This document shows, one piece after another, positions 54,401 through 64,000 of a stretch of 64,000 nt of DNA. Every line of letters begins with the position of its first letter. The first letter of the stretch is position 1. The DNA is from Eledone cirrhosa. Lineage: Eukaryota. Location: the NCBI GenBank assembly GCA_964016885.1, contig OZ024743.1, positions 294,438,001-294,502,000 of the forward strand, written 5' to 3'. The notes beneath the pieces were generated by a model, which made no database searches, had not been told where the DNA came from, and saw only the letters and a list, made by a program, of their open reading frames with translations. Position numbers and translations under genes: made by a program.

Positions 54401-56600
54401 GTAGCAGGGCGGCCAGTGCATGGGCCACCATTTTCTCACAATGGTGAGAGATGGGGAGAGTAGGAGAGACGGAGGCAGGTACAGTAGCTGTTTGGTTATT
54501 TTGTGTTCGGACTTGCTGTACATATGTGTATATAACAGAGAATGTGTATTTTCCACTATCAGCATCTTTGTTAAGTTACAGTCATTCATTGCTTCAATCG
54601 TATGAATATCTCACAGTGCAAATCGTAAGCTGGATGCAATATGTATCTTCACTTTACAATGTTATACTCCACTGCTCTTCAAGTCACATGTATTCCTTCC
54701 TATTCATTGTCATACTCGTCCAAATTACTCTTGTACCTCCTATCATCGCCTTTATGTATTCCTCCATGTCGCTCCCCCTCCCATTTATTCTTCAGTTTAC
54801 CCCACCTTCTGTGTCGCTTTTGTAGAAAACACTCTATGGTACTTATTGTCCAATCATTCGCCTCATATCTTGTTAAGTATTCCGCCTACCTCCAATATAA
54901 ATAATAGTAAAATTTCTTTTGTAGCTAGAAAACGATACGAACACCCAAAAGCGTACTTGATTTTCCAATGTATTTACTTTAAGTAAAATACTTTTATTTG
55001 GCGAAGCCATAAACCATGCGGAGACACGTAAAGAAATTCACTTTTCTAATTGCACTTATACCTCCAAACACACACACAGCAATTACCTACCTATATTTTA
55101 TTCGTGTTATTTTCCTGATATCTACTACTCAGTCTACAATTAATATACACACATAACGCACACCCGAACAAATATACACTTACATACACATACTGGCACA
55201 CATAGTTAAATGGAGATCAAGATGGATAGACAGATACGCCCGCAAATACTGTGTATAAATACGGGTAGGTATGTGTATATCTGTGTGTGCGTGGATGCAT
55301 GTGGCATGTCGGATCAATTTAGCTAAATCTCTCGTTATACAAATATAGTGAAAAAAATGTCTGAACAGAAACTTGTTGGCTCCGATCATATTCTGAAGAT
55401 AAACGTCAATAAAACAATATCTGCACATAAAAATTTCGTAAAGCGCTTAATTGATCTAAAGGCTGTCTTGAGCATCAAACGATGTGTTTGATATTCAGCT
55501 TGGAAGATTCTATTTGCCTACGCATGTTTATAGCGTTTTAAACATTGCTTTGCAAGAAGCAACTAGGGAAGTGTGATGAAAATGAATTTTGAAAGCGTTG
55601 AATTTAAACGTATAACGTTTATAATAATCTACAACCTAATTGGCAACAGGCGAAAAAGAATTTAGCTAGAATATGAATATTTGAGATCAACACACTGGTT
55701 CGCTTTACATTTTTAATATAATGAAATATAATATTAAATATTTACGTATATGTATTTTTTATTGTTGTTGTCTATTTCCATGTTAGCTCTGATGGAACAG
55801 GCTTCTCATCAAATGCGTGCAAGCCATATTCATCTTATATTGTTTGTTAAATTATTTATATTTTTAAAGGCCTTCTTTCCATAAGGGAAATCCAGAGAAT
55901 AGTGCTTTTAGGAAGTGTCAATACACTGCGTAAAATACTATCTATAATGTAAAGAATGCTACAGAACGCTTGCATCCTTGATACAGCTTGAACCATAAAT
56001 TATAGGCTAAATATCTTAAAACAGGTTGTGTGCAAATTATGTAATAATAATAATTATAATAATAATAATATTGACAATAATAATAATGTGTGTGTGTGAG
56101 AGAGAGAGGCTTCATAGAATGGACATTTTCAAAGTGAATGTTCCTGTGGGAAATGAACTGAAGCTGTTGTTACTGCGTTATTTTACGTCATTTTATCTTT
56201 ATTGATTTCATGCGTTGGTAAAGGTGTTGAGCTTATGCTGGTTTCGTGTACGTTACGAGATTCATGGTGACCCCCCCCCCCCCCCGCCTGGGCGGAACAC
56301 TAGTATGTCATTAGGCTAAACAGCGACTGCCGATGGTATATATTTTCAGCTGAGGGGACTGGTGCAACGTATGTGAAGTACTTGCTAAATGTCACAACTC
56401 GTTATCTATATCTGCATTTAGATTCGGAAATTCTTGATAAAACAACTCAATGTGTTATCGAATACTCTGTTATTCCAGTATACAAAATAGTAGTAAGATT
56501 TGCACTTAATGACAACATGACTCTTATTTTACTTTCTACTAAACAATCAACCATGCACCTGGAAAGACTTACGCCATGTACAAACACACACATTAATATA

Positions 56601-56645
<45 letters not shown>

Positions 56646-56744
56646 TGTGTGTGTGTGAGTGTGCACATAAGTGTACAGGCAGATAGATAAAGAGAGAGAT
56701 TAGATAACTTGATATATATGATATAGAGATTTACATCACAATCA

Positions 56745-58280
<1,536 letters not shown>

Positions 58281-59044
58281 GAGACATGCATATATAATCC
58301 ATTTTAATTTTCCAACAGTATTACAAGAAACTGTTTTTTGTGTAAGTTTAATTATCTCCCGAAATCAAACAAAATACTGCAAAAATATTTAATTAATAAA
58401 AAACTCTTTGGTAAATTATTACCAAAACCAATCAGAAACAAAAAGCAAAGTCTTTGCAAACAGAGCACTAACATTCACCATGTGTTACACTACATATTAA
58501 TTTAAAATTCATTTATCACTCAAGAACCACCGATATCTGATAAGGAATTTCGTCTTTTCTTGAACTAATCTTGTCTTATACTGGTATATTGATTTTATTA
58601 TCACTGTGTTTTTTTTATTTTTTACTCAAGATAGATCTTAGTCCAGGTACGATTTGTGTGGTAGGTATCTACATGATTTCAATAAGCTATCATGTGCTCA
58701 AAACACTTCTGATGCAATTTCCTCTTTCCAAGACGTGGGCCTTTTTGTAGAAACTTTATAGGACAATTTCACTCTAATTCTCTTTATACATTTCTATATT
58801 CTATCAGAAATATTCCAAACTTCACCGATTATCCCAAAACACAATATCTATAGCTTTCATGTTCCACCTCCTCACAATCTCATATTTTAAGAGGTTGTAC
58901 TTTTCCAAATGTTTTCCACCTTTCTTCATAATCCTATTATTAACGGAGATGACAGATCAATCACTAAGAAAATTCGATTTGCTACATCCAGCATGTTATG
59001 TCACATCTTATTGTAGTTATTGGTAGTGGTGTTAGTAGTTGTGT

Positions 59045-59260
59045 CATTGTGGACTGGCCGTACCGTTAGAACATCGGACAAAATGCTTCGTGGCATTTAG
59101 TTAGAGTTGTTTACGTTCTGATTTCAAATCTCACCGTGTTCAACTTTGAATTTCAACTTTCATATACCGACACAATAATGCACCATTCCAATTTTGGGAC
59201 GATCTGTTTGATCCCGCCTCCTATAATTGGTGGCCTCGTGCCTAAATAAATAAAAACAAT
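59045..59260 (+). mobile_element. Old degenerate SINE
   Basis: ggactggc..accgttaga..cggac...gttctgatttcaaatc...ggcctcgtgcctaaa. Confidence 0.6.
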
Positions 59261-59437
59261 ATCATAATTTCTTTCCGCCACGCATATATCAGCTGCGTAA
59301 GCGTATTTAATTGTGTATTTACTTCAGAGACATTTCTTTACTGTTAGATGCGGCGTCAAAGATTTCACTATAAAAAAGGCATCTTTGAAATCGGAGCGTT
59401 AGGGGCAACTTCTGTCCACTTACTTGTTTTTAGAAAA

Positions 59438-59605
59438 ATAATTGTTTCTACTTTTGGCACAAGGCCAACATTTATCCAGTACATTACTGATACTTTATTT
59501 TATCGACCCCGTAAGGATGAAACGCCAAGTTAACCTCGGAGGGATTTGAACTCAGACCATAAAGGGGCGTAACTCTATGTTACAAAGCATGGCGCCCGAC
59601 CCACT
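59438..59605 (-). mobile_element. tRNA-derived SINE
   Basis: Family consensus. Confidence 0.85.
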
Positions 59606-60605
59606 ACTATTGTCAACATAGTCTGACATCGGCGAACAGCACTGGCATATCTAAATCTATGTAATGCTAGTAGGACACATCATCAAAACAGGGTGGAACG
59701 TGCATTATAAAACTATTCCAGCTTTTGTCATCGGCGTTTACAGTATTCCTTACTTTTAGTTGAGAGTCGCGGTAAGCCGGTGAGGTAGGAGCTCTCTGTC
59801 ATCCTGAACACTTGTGTAAGTTGCCACTGCAAAACTACATATATCAGTTATACATCAATGACCGAATTGTGGCTTTGTTTCCACGCTGCACCCATCCAAC
59901 AGTCTTCATTTCCTCACATTTTTCAGCAAGTGCCTTAGCTCTAATAAGGGACATACGGGGATTTGGAACATATCTGTTTCCATGTCACTCATAGTCAACT
60001 CTTCTAATTTAACTAATAGCTATTCACTTCTCATTTTTGTTCTGTTACATCTTCTTTACTAAGGTCTATTCTTTCTAACCTAATCGCTCTCTCCGGGTCA
60101 TTGTCTACGCGTGCAGCTCGACTGTGCAGATTACAACATTGTCTGATTATGCGATCGTTTGAAATTGTGGGCATACTATATTATCCTTATTTGATACCAT
60201 AAGAAAACTACACACTAACGATCTAGATGAATATATGTGATTGCTCCATGTCACCACTGGCGCATTCGGGAAATCTAGTCCGAACCATCTCCTCAGGGAT
60301 TTTTAGTGGCTTTTTCACTCCTTTCTCCTATTTCATAATCCAACACAGGCTTCCGTGTGTCCAAGATGCTGTTTCTATACATTGCTAATAGTGAAGTGTG
60401 AGACGTTCGAAGAAAGGCTTGCAGAGGCCCGAAGAAATCCGATCATCTTGCTTTCCTTAGTCTTGGCATAGGTGGTCACCTGTTTTGTTTTCTTTTATTC
60501 TGTTTAAACATTTGTATGTAAATTCACACTGATTCTGTTTAATGTATTGTCCTTAAGGTTTTCGATCCGGGTGGCCAAGAAAGAATACATTAATATCATT
60601 AATGA

Positions 60606-61050
60606 TAATGGTTTTTAATTTAGGTACAAGGGCAGCAATTTTGGTGGGAGGGAAAAGTCGATTAAATCGACCCCAGGCGTGAATGCTATATTATTTTATC
60701 GACCCATTAAGGATGAAATGCAAAGTTAACCTCGGCGGGATTTGAAATCAGAATGTAAAAGGCCATAACGCTATGCCAAAAAGCATGTCCGACGATCTAT
60801 CAATACTGCCATAATAATATTAGTAGAAGTATTACTAGAGGGCAGTGGATTGGCATTATCGGCACGACGTCAGATAACTTTCTTTGCGTCATACAGAAAG
60901 GGCCCTTCACGTTCTGAGTTCAAATCCCACCTTTCATCCTTACGTTATCGATAAAAAAAAATACCAGACAAAACACCTTGGTAGATTTAATCGAATTTCC
61001 TCTTACCTTCAAATTTCTGGCCTTTTGCTCATTGTTGAAGCAATTATTTA
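60606..61050. mobile_element. Head-to-head SINE pair (60606-60812 minus, 60838-61050 plus)
   Basis: Family motifs on opposite strands. Confidence 0.75.
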
Positions 61051-61291
61051 TATTTCTTTTTCGTGAAACTTCTTACACTTATCGGCATGTTGTTGTGAAT
61101 CCACAAAATAAGATTTTAGTAACTGCTACAATTTAATCAGGATAAAAATTGATTGAGTGATACATAAATACACTAAGATCGATAAGATGGATGATATATC
61201 TCTCATTTCATCTTGCTTGTCAACATGCATTGCTTTCAATGTAATGACTATGGCTGCGGAATGGAAGATTTCATATATTCACGAAGGTGTA

Positions 61292-61361
<70 letters not shown>

Positions 61362-61781
61362 CTGACAGATACGCATGTAGACACACAATATACATGCACA
61401 CACAGATGCATATATATATAATATGGAGTTACCATCAAATATATATATATATACTTACGGTAATGATGTCGAATAAATATATTTATTTCTACAAAACTTC
61501 TCGAAAATTCTATTAATAGTAATTATTATTATTTTGACGCTTTAATCAGTATTTACATTTTATTTTCAGTACATGGTTAGTGCAGTTAAATCCACAAAGA
61601 TATTTTCTCTAAAACTATAGCATTCAAACATTAACTGAATGATCGATGAATACAAATGATAAGCGTATATTTTTTTTTGTTTTATTTTACAAATGATGCC
61701 AAATCTTCGAAATCACTGCCACCTTTTTCACCCCGAAAAATAAACCCCATATATATATATAAGTGTGTGTTTATATATATA

Positions 61782-61819
<38 letters not shown>

Positions 61820-62228
61820 TATGTGTGTGAGTATGTGTGTGAGTATGTACACGTTGGATTCTTGGAATTGAGTTCTCTCTGAAATAAACATTCAATAGAC
61901 TGTACATTTGAACATAAACATGTTTTTAAGCAACATTACTTAATCATTTACATACTGTAAATATGGAGTTACCATCTAAGTGCAAAGTGCAGAACAGCGA
62001 TCCTGTGATTCCTTTAAGAATTGTATAATAAGAACGGCACGGGTGTTATTACTAGTTATTACCCTAGACTACTCATATCAATAATAAAGCCTCAACATCG
62101 GAAGTTAAATAAGTTAAGATCGGTTGCTGCTGCTTCAATCTTAATAGGAATGCTATACAGAATTGTGTTACGCAGAAGGTATGTTAAATTCTAAGGTTAT
62201 TTGTGGTCCTATTATTTGATTAATATTT

Positions 62229-62445
62229 AGGACGGTAGATTGGCAGTAACGGTTAAGCAGCAAACGAAATGCTTTGTGGCATAGAGTTATGACTACGTTC
62301 TGAATTCAAATCCTCCCGACGTTTGATTTGACTTTCATCCATACTGGCTCAATAAAATAAATTACCAGTAACGTACTGTGGTGGATTTATTCGTCTTTCG
62401 CCTCCTCAAAATTTTCAGCATTGTGCCTCAATCAGAATACATTAT
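62229..62445 (+). mobile_element. Old degenerate SINE
   Basis: ggtagattggcagtaacggt...gttctgaattcaaatcc...ctttcatcc...aataaaataaattaccag. Confidence 0.65.
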
Positions 62446-64000
62446 TTCATTAATATTTAATTTATTGACTCTGAATGAATGGAATGCTAACTCAACTTTG
62501 CTGAGGTTTTAATTGAGAAACTATAAGGCCATGCCAGTATATTGCCATTTCACACACAACGCTGCATTTAATGGACTCAGATCCTAACGTGTGTTTGTAT
62601 GTGTTCCATCTCACAGCATTCTGAGTTAAATTCCATCTGGATCGTACGGTCGATACCAATCCAAGTTGATAGATTTTCTGAATTGTCATGACACTAAACG
62701 AAATGTCTTGTAATATTTGTTCGGGTGTTTTGCTTTGTGAGTGCAAATTTTGCAGGTGGCTACAAGGATTATAGACTTCGGTCGTTCTGTTTAAAAGCCC
62801 TATCCGGCCATTTGGGTGATCTTAGCAGAGTCCGCTTTACTGCAAATAATCATAACTGGTTTCGGTTTGATGTTATTTGCGTTTCTCGCTCTCACCAGCC
62901 TCACGTACCCTAAAAGTTAAAGGGTCACAGCCAATCACATTCCCTTCCTAACAAAACCGTAAACGATGGGTATCATTGATAATTGTTTTTATAGCTGTTT
63001 CAATCAAGAGACACTTACCACATTCTATTGTTATCATATATATTTATTTGTTGTTAGACCTATCTAATACGTAATTATCTCTTGACGATTCTCAGTTTTA
63101 CGGTCTATAACATCTAGGTGTTTTACATTCCGGACACATTGTACATACCTTATAGCTAATATTTCAGTTCCATAACCCCATGTACAAAATATGATGGATT
63201 GTCTCCCAATAAAATTTGTATCCGACTCCTTTTTGGTTTAGCCCAATGCTTAAAGATTTTGACAGGCAGAAAAAAATAGAGAGGTCGACAATTTGCAATC
63301 AAGCTGTAGCTAATGATGCAAAGTTATAAACTGTGATTCCGACTACTGCAGATATACTTGGATAGTGATAACATGTATTTATCTTTTGCTAGACATGTCT
63401 CTTTAATGGGAGTTTACTGATCTCTTCGACGGGCATTCAGGGTTCTCTAACAAATCTGAAGGGCATTTTACATCTGAATGGCGCGGATGAGCAATGACAT
63501 TCTCTCTGAGCATCCTAAGTAAGGAAAAATGATTGCTTCTTAGAGACTAATACGATTGAAACGCAGAACGTTGAATATAGCATAGGGAGTTACAATCGCA
63601 ACAACGATAGCACATGGCATAAAGTGATACAATAGATTTGCTTTTGCTAGTTTGAGAGAAACACTAGATTGAAGTGATCTATTTCAAAAACAAATTGCAA
63701 AATGATGCATCTCTCCATAACCGATGCATTACTTAAAATAGGACTAGATAATGGATACTAAGAAAAAGGAAACTATATATTTATAATCTATTCAAAGATG
63801 GGTGGAGCTTTCAGCATTCGTCGAAACAATAGATAAATTTAAATGATATATGATGAAAAGCCTATGAGACACATTTAAATCCGGTGAAACAGCTAAAACA
63901 AACACTTACCTATTATTCCAATATTTGGGCCAGCTATTAGATGCAACGTCTATAACTTTGACCACTGGATCGTCGTCTTCTTTGTGGCATATTCTGAAGA

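Overview
This is AT-rich, repeat-dominated animal DNA. The SINE family and microsatellite load look like octopus or another cephalopod (inference). No intact host gene is evident. The window is a nest of Penelope-like retroelements (PLEs; RT plus C-terminal GIY-YIG endonuclease) from at least three lineages: Neptune-like, Nematis-like and a third type. Almost all of them abut (TA)n microsatellites, often with inverted (tail-to-tail) termini. Also present are many tRNA-derived SINE copies, a complete non-autonomous Helitron, and RTE and CRE-like LINE fragments. The main hidden signal is RNA structure. By hand I can fold about 12 sequence-distinct families (more than 20 copies) of type I hammerhead ribozyme (HHR) motifs near element termini. 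They include minimal forms with a palindromic stem III, forms with a very long stem II, and non-canonical cores (U3-A8 'UUGAAAA', 'CAGAAGA'). One family forms ORF-less ~430-450 bp tandem units resembling retrozymes. Coordinates were read by eye and may be off by a few bases. Most ORFs in the supplied track are microsatellite artefacts.
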